This document shows positions 10,057 to 18,884 of a stretch of DNA of 64,000 bases, piece after piece; positions within the stretch are counted from its first letter, which is position 1; each line of letters begins with the position of its first letter. The translations under genes were made by a program, and so were the position numbers. Below the pieces are notes generated by a model that saw nothing but the letters and a program-made list of their open reading frames with translations, was not told the DNA's origin and did not search any database. The DNA lies in the IMG/VR virus record IMGVR_UViG_3300021389_000005, positions 32,001 through 96,000 of that record. One strand, written 5' to 3'. The stretch comes from a virus.

Positions 10057-12123
10057 ATGGCAAAATCATCAAGATATTTCAGGATAGACGAAGACGTTTT
10101 ATTAGAATTCATATATCACGATCAAAGTAATCCAGACGCTACTAAAATTGAAGTAGACGATAACGGCAGTGAAGTAAAATTCTTAGATACTGTAAGAAAT
10201 GTACCGACTGCCTCTAGGCATTTAATAAATGAATTAGGTAGTGATGTTGTAAACTTTGACGTTACAACAATTAGTGGATATTTATCTATAGAAAACTTTG
10301 CTGCAAGAACTTTACTTTTGCAAAATGGTAAAACTTATAAATTTGATTTATCTGCATTAGATAGTCCAGAATTATTTTCAGTTAGTGGAACTTTAGGAAT
10401 ATGGTCATATTCAGCCGTTACTAAAATTGGTAAATATATTCCTAATCAAAATGGAACAGTTGAATATAATTACCCAAACCTTATTGGTGGTAAAATAATA
10501 GTAGATACCAGGGCAAATCCTCTGTTTTCTACACCAGATGAAGTTACTGGTAATGATATTAATCAACCAATTGGAAGATATCATGGCATTAGAGTACCTA
10601 ATGATGAATCTAGATATGCATTATTAGGATATGATTCAACAGGATATTATGAAATGTTTAATTACATAAATAACAATGCAGGTTGGACAGGTGGTAATGA
10701 AGCTGATCTTATTAATTATCAAGTAGAAGCTACTCAAAATATTAATTATATTCAGTATGATTCTATAAGATTGCATTTAAAAAGTGGATATAGTTTTTCT
10801 GCGAGAGACTATGAAGGTTTCTTATTAGAAGTTACAGCAGATAGAACAACTGGAATTAAAAATTATTTAACACAGTTAGTGTACCTTAACACTAGTAATT
10901 ACGAATATGCTAATCCAAGACCTTTTATTTTAGGTGAAACTTTATGGAGTAAATTTATTGAAATTAAAATTCCTTCTATTATAGGTCAGAATTCAGAATT
11001 TAAAGATAGATTTTATGGAGATGGAACAATAGGATCAAGTGATCTAGATCCAGCCACAAACTATGGAATAAGTTTTAAACTAATAGATAAATTAGAGGTT
11101 GGTAATGGTTTTGATTATTTTTACACAAGTGAAGAAAATAAGTTTAGTGTTTCTAGAGAAGATGAATATCAAGATTTTACAGTTGTAATAGAAGATGCAA
11201 ACGACGGAGATTATTTTAAAATATATGGTGAAAAAGATAACTCTATAGGAGCATTCGAAGCATATGTACTAGACAGGATTCAAACAACATCAGATGATAT
11301 AATAGCAATATTCGACGTAGATGTATTTGAACAAATAGGTACTGCATATGTAAAAACAAACGAATTAACTTTTACACAATATGAAGATTTTAATGATCCT
11401 ATATTGTTTAGACCTATTATAAAGAATGCAAATGTTGCGGTTAACTTTTCTATTGAAGTAACTATGCGAATTTACAATCAAACAGATAATACACAAATAG
11501 TCAAAAGAGCTAGTATGATTTTAAATCAGGCTGGTAAATACGGTAAAAAACTTTCGGCACTAAAAATCAATAGTCCTAACATAATGACTGAGGTTTATAA
11601 TATATTACCTAATTTATCAGGTAATAAAGTAATTAAAAGTTTGATTATGGATAGTGTGCCTAGATCTGTTAAAGTTGTGCCTGCATTTATGGAAAGACAC
11701 AATATTATAGCAACATCTTCCAAAGTTAAATTAGAAGGTGAAGGTGAAAATCCAATGATTAAAGATGTTGAAGAAATTGAAACTTCGGCATTCATGACAG
11801 AAGGCAATATTAAAATTAGTATTCCTCCATTTGCATGTTATTTTAAATTTGTAATTTCTAAAAAAATAGGAGATGATATTCAATTTATTTCCTTTGAAAA
11901 TGCTGAAAGATTAGTACTATCGTTTGGAGATGGTACAAATAAATTAGTATTTAATCATATATCCAATAAAGACATAGATATGGGTGAAGGTGAAGTTTTA
12001 TTTAAAATAAATGAAGCTAACGCTAAGGCAATTAGAAATATGAGTAATAACAGATTTTATATTAGCGTAGATAATGGCATTGAACAAACATACGTAACCT
12101 CTGGAGAATTTATAAAAGCATAA
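10057..12123 (+). CDS. Hypothetical protein, probably virion structural
   Basis: 688 aa beta-rich ORF inside the structural operon; no motif recognised. Confidence 0.45.
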   Translation: MAKSSRYFRIDEDVLLEFIYHDQSNPDATKIEVDDNGSEVKFLDTVRNVPTASRHLINELGSDVVNFDVTTISGYLSIENFAARTLLLQNGKTYKFDLSALDSPELFSVSGTLGIWSYSAVTKIGKYIPNQNGTVEYNYPNLIGGKIIVDTRANPLFSTPDEVTGNDINQPIGRYHGIRVPNDESRYALLGYDSTGYYEMFNYINNNAGWTGGNEADLINYQVEATQNINYIQYDSIRLHLKSGYSFSARDYEGFLLEVTADRTTGIKNYLTQLVYLNTSNYEYANPRPFILGETLWSKFIEIKIPSIIGQNSEFKDRFYGDGTIGSSDLDPATNYGISFKLIDKLEVGNGFDYFYTSEENKFSVSREDEYQDFTVVIEDANDGDYFKIYGEKDNSIGAFEAYVLDRIQTTSDDIIAIFDVDVFEQIGTAYVKTNELTFTQYEDFNDPILFRPIIKNANVAVNFSIEVTMRIYNQTDNTQIVKRASMILNQAGKYGKKLSALKINSPNIMTEVYNILPNLSGNKVIKSLIMDSVPRSVKVVPAFMERHNIIATSSKVKLEGEGENPMIKDVEEIETSAFMTEGNIKISIPPFACYFKFVISKKIGDDIQFISFENAERLVLSFGDGTNKLVFNHISNKDIDMGEGEVLFKINEANAKAIRNMSNNRFYISVDNGIEQTYVTSGEFIKA

Positions 12124-12124
12124 T

Positions 12125-12676
12125 ATGATTTTAAATAGTAGAAATAATACGTTTGACTTTAAGTTCCCTAGGAATTTTATACCAGCAGAAGTAGCTGAGA
12201 AATATAAAACATACCTGACAAAAGTACCTGGATCAATGTTAGCAGAACCTATAGATTTTGTTAACTATTCTATACAAGGTGTAAATATACCAGGTGTTTC
12301 TTTCGATCCTATATCGCAGGCAGATAACGATGGTTCTATAAGATATCAAAGAGGTGCAGTCCCTATTCAAAATACAATTGAGAGGCAATTTACAGTGACT
12401 ATGCAATTATTAGATGGTTTTATAAATTATTGGATAATGATGGACACTCTATTATATTATTATGCAAGATCAACTACAGAACCATATACAGAACCTTTAA
12501 CATTAAGAATTTTAGATTCTGAAGGTGCATCGGTTGCATATATGCAATTTGCTAAACCGATAATGAACTCTATTAATGAACTTAATTTAAATTTCTCAGA
12601 TAACATATCTGAATTTAGTACGTTTGAAATTAATTTTTATTACAATCAGCTTAAACTAAGAATAGAATTAGACTAA
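12125..12676 (+). CDS. Tail-tube-fold protein, gp3-like tail completion/terminator
   Basis: F.FKFP...FVNYSIQGVNIPGVS...FTVTMQL...NYW...LRILDS..F.INFYY resembles T4 gp3/gp19-family proteins. Confidence 0.55.
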   Translation: MILNSRNNTFDFKFPRNFIPAEVAEKYKTYLTKVPGSMLAEPIDFVNYSIQGVNIPGVSFDPISQADNDGSIRYQRGAVPIQNTIERQFTVTMQLLDGFINYWIMMDTLLYYYARSTTEPYTEPLTLRILDSEGASVAYMQFAKPIMNSINELNLNFSDNISEFSTFEINFYYNQLKLRIELD

Positions 12677-12686
12677 TATATACAAT

Positions 12687-13238
12687 ATGAAACATTTACT
12701 TACATTAGAAAGCTATTACTCTTATAAAGATTTTGAAAAAGGAAGATGGGGAACTCCATCTGAAATAGAAGAAGATTTACGTATGGGTATTATTAAATTA
12801 CTAACATATGGCGGAATTGCAGATAACTTAGATGACGTTATATATGTAGATCAATCAAGCGATAAAGGTATTAAGTGGGAAATTACTATTAAACACTCAG
12901 AAGGTAAAGATATCGTACACGCATATAAAAGAACTAATTGGAGAGGGCAATATGAATTCTATTTGAATAAGAAAAAGTCTTCTGAATATGAAATTCAACA
13001 AATGTTCTTACAAAAGTTTGTATCGCCACTAGATCAATATTTAGCTTCAATGAAGTCGTTTGATAAACACTATCAATATGCAGATGATAATAGATCCTAC
13101 AAAAGTGGGTCGGCACATGCCGAAAGATTAAGAGAAATGTATAAAATATTACAATCTTCGGACAAAAAGAAAGCATATAAAGAATTTAATAAAAAACATG
13201 GAACTGATTTACCGTTTAAAGACTTTTCAGGATCATAA
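12687..13238 (+). CDS. Hypothetical protein with capsid-targeting-like N-terminus
   Basis: Starts MKHLLTLESY; late-type motif directly upstream. Confidence 0.5.
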   Translation: MKHLLTLESYYSYKDFEKGRWGTPSEIEEDLRMGIIKLLTYGGIADNLDDVIYVDQSSDKGIKWEITIKHSEGKDIVHAYKRTNWRGQYEFYLNKKKSSEYEIQQMFLQKFVSPLDQYLASMKSFDKHYQYADDNRSYKSGSAHAERLREMYKILQSSDKKKAYKEFNKKHGTDLPFKDFSGS

Positions 13239-13258
13239 ATATCAAAGATATATACAAT

Positions 13259-13627
13259 ATGAAAACATTTAATAAATATTTAGTAGAGGAGAAGATCACA
13301 GAAAATGACATTGATGTTCTTAAAGAAAACCTACAGTCTGAGTGGACGCCTGAATTAGAATCTAAAATAGATGCAGCAATAGAGGAATTTTGTAAAACTT
13401 ACCAAAACGAAGATGGTACTTATGACTTAGACAAGTTAAATGAAGAAATAACTAACGAAGGTCTTTTAGGTTCTATTATAGGTGGTTTAACTGGATTTGC
13501 TCTAGGAAAATCAGTTGGTAAATTATTAGCTAGAGTACTAGGTATTCAAAAAGGTATATTATTTGATTTATTAACTTCAAGACTTGTAGGTGCTGCATTA
13601 GGTGCTAGTCTTGGTAAAAGATTCTAA
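13259..13627 (+). CDS. Capsid-targeted protein: acidic pro-region plus glycine-zipper membrane peptide
   Basis: Starts MKTFNKYLVE; C-terminal half is GLLGSIIGGLTGFALGKSVGKLLARVLG...VGAALGASLG. Confidence 0.55.
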   Translation: MKTFNKYLVEEKITENDIDVLKENLQSEWTPELESKIDAAIEEFCKTYQNEDGTYDLDKLNEEITNEGLLGSIIGGLTGFALGKSVGKLLARVLGIQKGILFDLLTSRLVGAALGASLGKRF

Positions 13628-14281
13628 ATGAATTACGTTTCAGTAGATTTTTCTTTAAATTCTCCAGGTATTTGTATTTTCAATACAGAATCCAACACAC
13701 ATCATTATATAAGTTACGTTAAACCGGGTTTAGGTACTAAGAAAGAACAAAAGCTTCAAGAGGACATTAGTCTACTAAGCGATGTTACTTTAGTATATCA
13801 ACAAGACTGGAAAACCACATTTGGTGATTACTCTAAAAATGAGCTAGCTAAGGTTAGAAGATATATGGCCACTGCTGACCAAATTATTAATATTATTTTA
13901 GGAATTACTAAAACTAAGAATGATTATATTATAGCATTCGAAGGAACTTCTTATGGTTCTAAAATGGGAACTAATAATATAATTGACATGGCTGCGGGTG
14001 CCGCTATTCTTAAAGAACAAATGATTTCTCAACTTCACGTTAAAGACATATTGACTGTTGCTCCTACTACAATTAAGAAGTTTGCTGGCAAGGGTAACAT
14101 GAATAAGCTTCAGTTGTTTGAGGCATATCAGCAAAATGTGAACGATGACCCAATCTTAGCTCGAAGCCCCTTGCATTCCATGATCAAAGATCTTGAAATT
14201 GGGAAAAAGATCCCGAAGCCGTTAGACGACCTAGTCGATGCGTATTTCTTGGTTACATACGTTTCAAACCCCTCGACCTAA
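13628..14281 (+). CDS. RuvC-like Holliday junction resolvase
   Basis: VSVDFSLNSPG, AFEG, PTTIKKFAGKGN.NK and DDLVDAY are RuvC catalytic motifs. Confidence 0.8.
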   Translation: MNYVSVDFSLNSPGICIFNTESNTHHYISYVKPGLGTKKEQKLQEDISLLSDVTLVYQQDWKTTFGDYSKNELAKVRRYMATADQIINIILGITKTKNDYIIAFEGTSYGSKMGTNNIIDMAAGAAILKEQMISQLHVKDILTVAPTTIKKFAGKGNMNKLQLFEAYQQNVNDDPILARSPLHSMIKDLEIGKKIPKPLDDLVDAYFLVTYVSNPST

Positions 14282-14308
14282 TCTTTCCTCCAGACTTAGA
14301 TAACATTT

Positions 14309-14337
14309 GTTATATGCTAGTTGTGAGAAACTGTTTC
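14309..14337 (-). promoter_or_regulatory. GAAAC-N18-TATAAC promoter-like motif, antisense to the resolvase gene
   Basis: Reverse complement reads TGAAAC agtttctcacaactagca TATAAC. Confidence 0.45.
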
Positions 14338-14373
14338 ATATTTTAATTATTTATTTTTAATGAGTCTCTCCAT

Positions 14374-14401
14374 GAAACAATTGGGAACTAAGATATATAA
14401 T
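14374..14401 (+). promoter_or_regulatory. GAAAC-N17-TATAAT promoter (overlaps a GATATATA motif)
   Basis: Matches the motif that recurs upstream of replication genes. Confidence 0.65.
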
Positions 14402-14429
14402 AAGTATAATAATTAAAGTATTAATTTAT

Positions 14430-14600
14430 ATGTTGATTACTATTGAATACCTTCGTCTAATTAAGATCCTCGAAAAAATGGTGATAGCGAACCAGCTTAC
14501 CGAAAAGGAAGCGTCAGAGTTACTTCACAAGTCAGGACTGATTAAGTTAGAGGAAAATAGATGGAAGGAACCTTCAGGAGCAATCTTAGCAATTAGTTGA
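14430..14600 (+). CDS. Small hypothetical protein (56 aa), not in the ORF track
   Basis: MLITIEYLRLIKILEKMV...WKEPSGAILAIS; lies directly downstream of a promoter motif. Confidence 0.55.
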   Translation: MLITIEYLRLIKILEKMVIANQLTEKEASELLHKSGLIKLEENRWKEPSGAILAIS

Positions 14601-14626
14601 AACTATTTATTATTATACACTATAAG
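14599..14626 (+). promoter_or_regulatory. GAAAC-N17-TATAAG promoter for gp32
   Basis: Motif match about 60 nt upstream of the gp32 ATG. Confidence 0.6.
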
Positions 14627-14686
14627 GTAACGAAAGAACATTAAAGTAATTTCAAGTATTAAACAATTAAACAATTTAAAGGTATT

Positions 14687-15613
14687 ATGAGCGAATCATT
14701 TGACATTTTTAACTTGGGCGTAGAAGACGTAGAAACGCATCAGCCCGAAAGAACAACAGTAAACGAAGTTTACAAGCCAACAGCCGATGACGGCAAAGAC
14801 GGAACTTATAAAGCGCTAATCCGCTTCGTTCCAAATCCAGAGAATCCAAGAAATTCTCTAATTCAAAAATACGTACACTGGTTAACTAATTCTAGTGGTG
14901 ACGGTAAATTGGTAGATTCACCATCTTCAATAGGTGAAAAATGCCCAATCGCAGATGTATTCTGGAAACTGAGAAAATCAGATTCAGCAGTAGATCGCAA
15001 GTCATCAGAGAAATTAAAGAGACGTCAGCAGTATTATTCTTTAATTAAGATCGTAAAAGATCCACAAAACCCAGAATTAGAAGGTACTTATAAAGTATTT
15101 AAATTCGGTTACAAGATTAAAGAAAAAATCGATGCTGAATTGAAACCAGATTTCGGTGAACCAACACAGGTGTTTGACCTATTTGAAGGCAAAAACTTCG
15201 AATTGATCATTACTCGCCAAGGTGAATATAATAACTACGATAAATCTAAGTTCTCTGCTAGTACTTCTGCAATTTTAATGGGCGATGCTCCAGCAGAAAG
15301 AAATAAAGAAACGATGACTGCAATCAAAGCTGAGCTTGAAAATGCACCATCTCTTGTGAACTATGATTACAAAGCATGGGACGAAGATACTAGATCTTTT
15401 GTAAATGATGTACTAAGAATGTACTTAAATCCTGGAGATTCTATCTCTGCGATGACAAGTAGTTCAACATCTACACCAAAGAAAGCTACTACAAGTGCAA
15501 CAACAGTAGTTGAAGCAGCAGCTCCGGCTCCTGCAAAGACAGAATCAAAAGAAACTGCTGCAGTTAGTACAGATGATGATCTTGATTCTTTCTTGAATGA
15601 CCTCGACATCTAA
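14687..15613 (+). CDS. gp32: Single-stranded DNA-binding protein (T4 gp32-like)
   Basis: ALIRFVP, CPI, IVKDPQNPELEG.YKVFKFG.KI, FD..EG.NF, YNNYDKSKF; acidic tail DDDLDSFLNDLDI. Confidence 0.92.
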   Translation: MSESFDIFNLGVEDVETHQPERTTVNEVYKPTADDGKDGTYKALIRFVPNPENPRNSLIQKYVHWLTNSSGDGKLVDSPSSIGEKCPIADVFWKLRKSDSAVDRKSSEKLKRRQQYYSLIKIVKDPQNPELEGTYKVFKFGYKIKEKIDAELKPDFGEPTQVFDLFEGKNFELIITRQGEYNNYDKSKFSASTSAILMGDAPAERNKETMTAIKAELENAPSLVNYDYKAWDEDTRSFVNDVLRMYLNPGDSISAMTSSSTSTPKKATTSATTVVEAAAPAPAKTESKETAAVSTDDDLDSFLNDLDI

Positions 15614-16679
15614 TAATAACATAGAGTTAACACAAGAGCTAAAGGAAAGAATAGAGTATGCGCTTATACAAGTAACTACTCAACAACATTCTAATCCAAA
15701 TAAGCAATCACTAAAGAGCATGCATGGGCGAATAACCCTTGCATGCCCTTATTGTGGTGATTCCCATAAAGATGATACTGCAAAACGTGGTAATATATTC
15801 TGGGACACATTACAATATCATTGCTATAATTGTGGTCACCATACAAATCTACACTCATTCTTAAAGGATCATGGTATTAAGCTTAGTAAAAGCGGTGATT
15901 CATTTGCAGTAATAGATTACATACAACAAAATAAATTACAAGTAAGATCAGAAAATGTTCTTAAACCTACTTTATTTGAAGATATACAAAAACATGCAAT
16001 AGACATTGATTTGTTTAAATCAAAGTTTAAAGCTAAATCTATTGAACCTGGAGAATGGATATGGTTTCAACTTAAAGACAGATTATTACATAAAAAACTA
16101 GACGAGTTCCTATATTCTGCCAAAGAACATAGATTATGGATTCTAAATTTAAGTACAGATAATAAAATTATAGGTGCACAAACTAGAAGAATGAAAGGAT
16201 ACGGTCAAAGATACCTTTCATATGATTTACCTAAGCTTTATGAAGAAATGGGCCAACCATTACAAATTGAAGAAGCAGAGTCTAATCAACTGGCAAAGAT
16301 TTCTACATTATTTGGAATTATGAGAGTTTCTTTTCAAAGGCCAGTAACTTTATTTGAAGGACCACTTGATGCTAAATTTATGTCAAACTCTTTGGCATTA
16401 GCAACTGCTGGAAGATCTACTGAAGAATTTGATGAAATCGAAACAGTAAGATATATGTTCGATAACGACGATACTGGTAAAAAGAAAATGATAGAGAAGC
16501 TTAAGAAAGGAAGGCCAGTATTTATGTGGTCCAAATTTCTAAAGGACAGTAATTTAGATACATATAATATCAAAGATCTTAATGATTTGATGATTAAATG
16601 TTTTGAGTTAAAGTCAGATGCCTTTAAAAATATCAATAACTATTTTACATCAAGCCAATTAGATTTATGGTATATTTAG
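15597..16679 (+). CDS. gp61: DNA primase (gp61-like)
   Basis: Zn finger CPYCGDS...YHCYNCG; TOPRIM motifs FEGPLDA and FDND; KDLND. Confidence 0.9.
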   Translation: MTSTSNNNIELTQELKERIEYALIQVTTQQHSNPNKQSLKSMHGRITLACPYCGDSHKDDTAKRGNIFWDTLQYHCYNCGHHTNLHSFLKDHGIKLSKSGDSFAVIDYIQQNKLQVRSENVLKPTLFEDIQKHAIDIDLFKSKFKAKSIEPGEWIWFQLKDRLLHKKLDEFLYSAKEHRLWILNLSTDNKIIGAQTRRMKGYGQRYLSYDLPKLYEEMGQPLQIEEAESNQLAKISTLFGIMRVSFQRPVTLFEGPLDAKFMSNSLALATAGRSTEEFDEIETVRYMFDNDDTGKKKMIEKLKKGRPVFMWSKFLKDSNLDTYNIKDLNDLMIKCFELKSDAFKNINNYFTSSQLDLWYI

Positions 16680-16894
16680 AAGAACTAACATTTATGGTTG
16701 AAGAAAACCTAGAAGATTTTTATAACGATAGAGACCGATTTAAAGGACACAAACTACTCATAGATTTTGAGGCAGTAGAAATTCCTGATGATCCGAACAC
16801 ACCTGATATTGAGTTTAGCAAACCTAAATTTAAGAAAAGGCAAACAACTTCTAAGCACATAAAACCAGATCCTAACAAAAAATCATTATTTTAA
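16667..16894 (+). CDS. Hypothetical protein ending in KKSLF
   Basis: Fills the gap between primase and UvsY. Confidence 0.55.
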   Translation: MVYLEELTFMVEENLEDFYNDRDRFKGHKLLIDFEAVEIPDDPNTPDIEFSKPKFKKRQTTSKHIKPDPNKKSLF

Positions 16895-17317
16895 ATGAGT
16901 AAAGAAAAGATATTAGCACTCGATGAAAAGTTGAGTTCACAAAGGGCTGGATGGTCAAAAAATATTAAAGACCTAGCAAGTTCTCTAAGAAATATAAATG
17001 CAATGGAAGAAACCATATCAGGAGTATTATCTTCTAGACAAACTATGGTAGAACAAATAGCATACCTAAATACCAAGGTTAAGGAACAAAAGAACAACAT
17101 AAATTCCAGGTGGAGAGAGGCGTATATCAGATACTTTGAATATGACTATAAGCTTGGTGAAAAACAAAAAGAACGTTTTATTGAAAACGATCTAGTACAA
17201 GAACATACAAAATTATCTCTTTTAGAAAATCAATTAGATTTTATGAAAGAATCGGTAAAAACCCTAGATAATATGGGATTTGCCATTAGAAACAGGTTAG
17301 CACTTAAAGACCTGTAA
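16895..17317 (+). CDS. uvsY: Recombination mediator UvsY-like
   Basis: 140 aa helical protein ending ...LDNMGFAIRN; immediately upstream of UvsW as in T4. Confidence 0.75.
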   Translation: MSKEKILALDEKLSSQRAGWSKNIKDLASSLRNINAMEETISGVLSSRQTMVEQIAYLNTKVKEQKNNINSRWREAYIRYFEYDYKLGEKQKERFIENDLVQEHTKLSLLENQLDFMKESVKTLDNMGFAIRNRLALKDL

Positions 17318-17342
17318 CTAAAAATAAAAAGTCCCATTAAAT

Positions 17343-18851
17343 GTGGAACTTAGTTTAACAGAAAATAGACAGTTGCTTCGTATTGATGATGCAACTGAAA
17401 TGGAGCTTGAACAACTTAATATCTCACTTAACAAGAGAATTGAATCATGGAGATTTAATCCATTAGTTAAGAAAGGATTGTGGGACGGTTACATATCGTA
17501 TATAAAAGATGACAAGTGGATTCCATCTGGTCTATGGAGAGAAGTCATGTCTGTATGTAAAGAATACGGATATGAACTTAAATTAAATGGTATAACTGTC
17601 CTGTTTGACACTGAAATAAACCAGGAAGAGTTTACAGAGTGGGCCTTAAAGTTCTTTGAGAAATCAGAAATAACTCCCCGCGATTATCAAATAGAAGCAG
17701 CATTTAACATTCTTAAATTTAGAAAATGTTTATCAGAGCTTGCAACCTCTGCAGGTAAAACATTAATATCATTTCTAACAGTAGCATATCAATTAGAGAA
17801 AAAGAAATCAGAAAGAATTCTTTTTATTGTACCTAATGTTTCACTTGTCGTACAGGCTAGTGAAGATTTCTTAGATTATAATTATAGAAACGCAGTAGAT
17901 ATAAAGGTACAACAAATTTATTCAGGTCAAAAAATAAGACCTGGTAGAAATGTAGTAATTGGAACGTATCAATCTCTTGTTAAAAAGAATAAAGAATATT
18001 TTGAACAATTTGATGCAGTAATAATTGACGAGACACATAAAGCCAAATCTACTTCAATTAAGACTATATTACAAAAGTGTGTAAATGCTAAATATAGATA
18101 CGGTTTATCAGGTACGATTCCAAAAGAAGGTACAATAGATAGACTTACATTAATGGCATACACTGGTCCTTTGATCACTGAAGTTTCTGCAAATTTCCTA
18201 CAAAACGAAGGACACATTGCAAAATGTAAGGTTAAAGTTATTAAAATGGATTATGCTCCTCAATCTACAAAGGACGCGTTTAGAGAAATGTCACAAAACA
18301 GATATGAAAGTAAAGATGTATTCAAATTTGAGCAAAACTATGTTATTAATTCCGAAGGGCGTCTTAATTTCATTTCGAACATTATATCCAGAGTACGAGG
18401 TAACAGTCTTGTTCTTTTCCACAGGATCGAACATGGTAAAAAACTATATGCTAAACTTAGGCAAGAAAGTGATAAAACAATATACTATGTTGATGGCGGG
18501 ACTGAAACCTCAATCAGAGAAGAGTACAAAAAGAAAATGGAAGAAAACGCAGATGTAGTCATTGTCGCGTCATATGGTACTTTTTCAACAGGAATTTCTA
18601 TAAAAAGAATACACAACATATTTTTTACAGAGTCCTTTAAATCAGAGGTTGTAATTAGACAATCAATTGGTCGTGGACTAAGGCAACATAGCTCAAAGGA
18701 TAGCGTAAATATCATAGATTTTGTAGATGATTTATCATCACCAGACTGGGATAATTATCTAATGAGACATGCTAAAGCTAGACAAGCCATATACAAAGAA
18801 CAGAAGTTTGCATACGATATAAAAAATGTGTCGTTTGAAGGAGATATATAA
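17343..18851 (+). CDS. uvsW: SF2 DNA helicase UvsW
   Basis: WDGYI, PRDYQ, ATSAGKT, DETH, GLSGT, STGISI, QSIGRGLR. Confidence 0.93.
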   Translation: MELSLTENRQLLRIDDATEMELEQLNISLNKRIESWRFNPLVKKGLWDGYISYIKDDKWIPSGLWREVMSVCKEYGYELKLNGITVLFDTEINQEEFTEWALKFFEKSEITPRDYQIEAAFNILKFRKCLSELATSAGKTLISFLTVAYQLEKKKSERILFIVPNVSLVVQASEDFLDYNYRNAVDIKVQQIYSGQKIRPGRNVVIGTYQSLVKKNKEYFEQFDAVIIDETHKAKSTSIKTILQKCVNAKYRYGLSGTIPKEGTIDRLTLMAYTGPLITEVSANFLQNEGHIAKCKVKVIKMDYAPQSTKDAFREMSQNRYESKDVFKFEQNYVINSEGRLNFISNIISRVRGNSLVLFHRIEHGKKLYAKLRQESDKTIYYVDGGTETSIREEYKKKMEENADVVIVASYGTFSTGISIKRIHNIFFTESFKSEVVIRQSIGRGLRQHSSKDSVNIIDFVDDLSSPDWDNYLMRHAKARQAIYKEQKFAYDIKNVSFEGDI

Positions 18852-18884
18852 TAAAATAATCATAATGAAATAAATATAATCATA

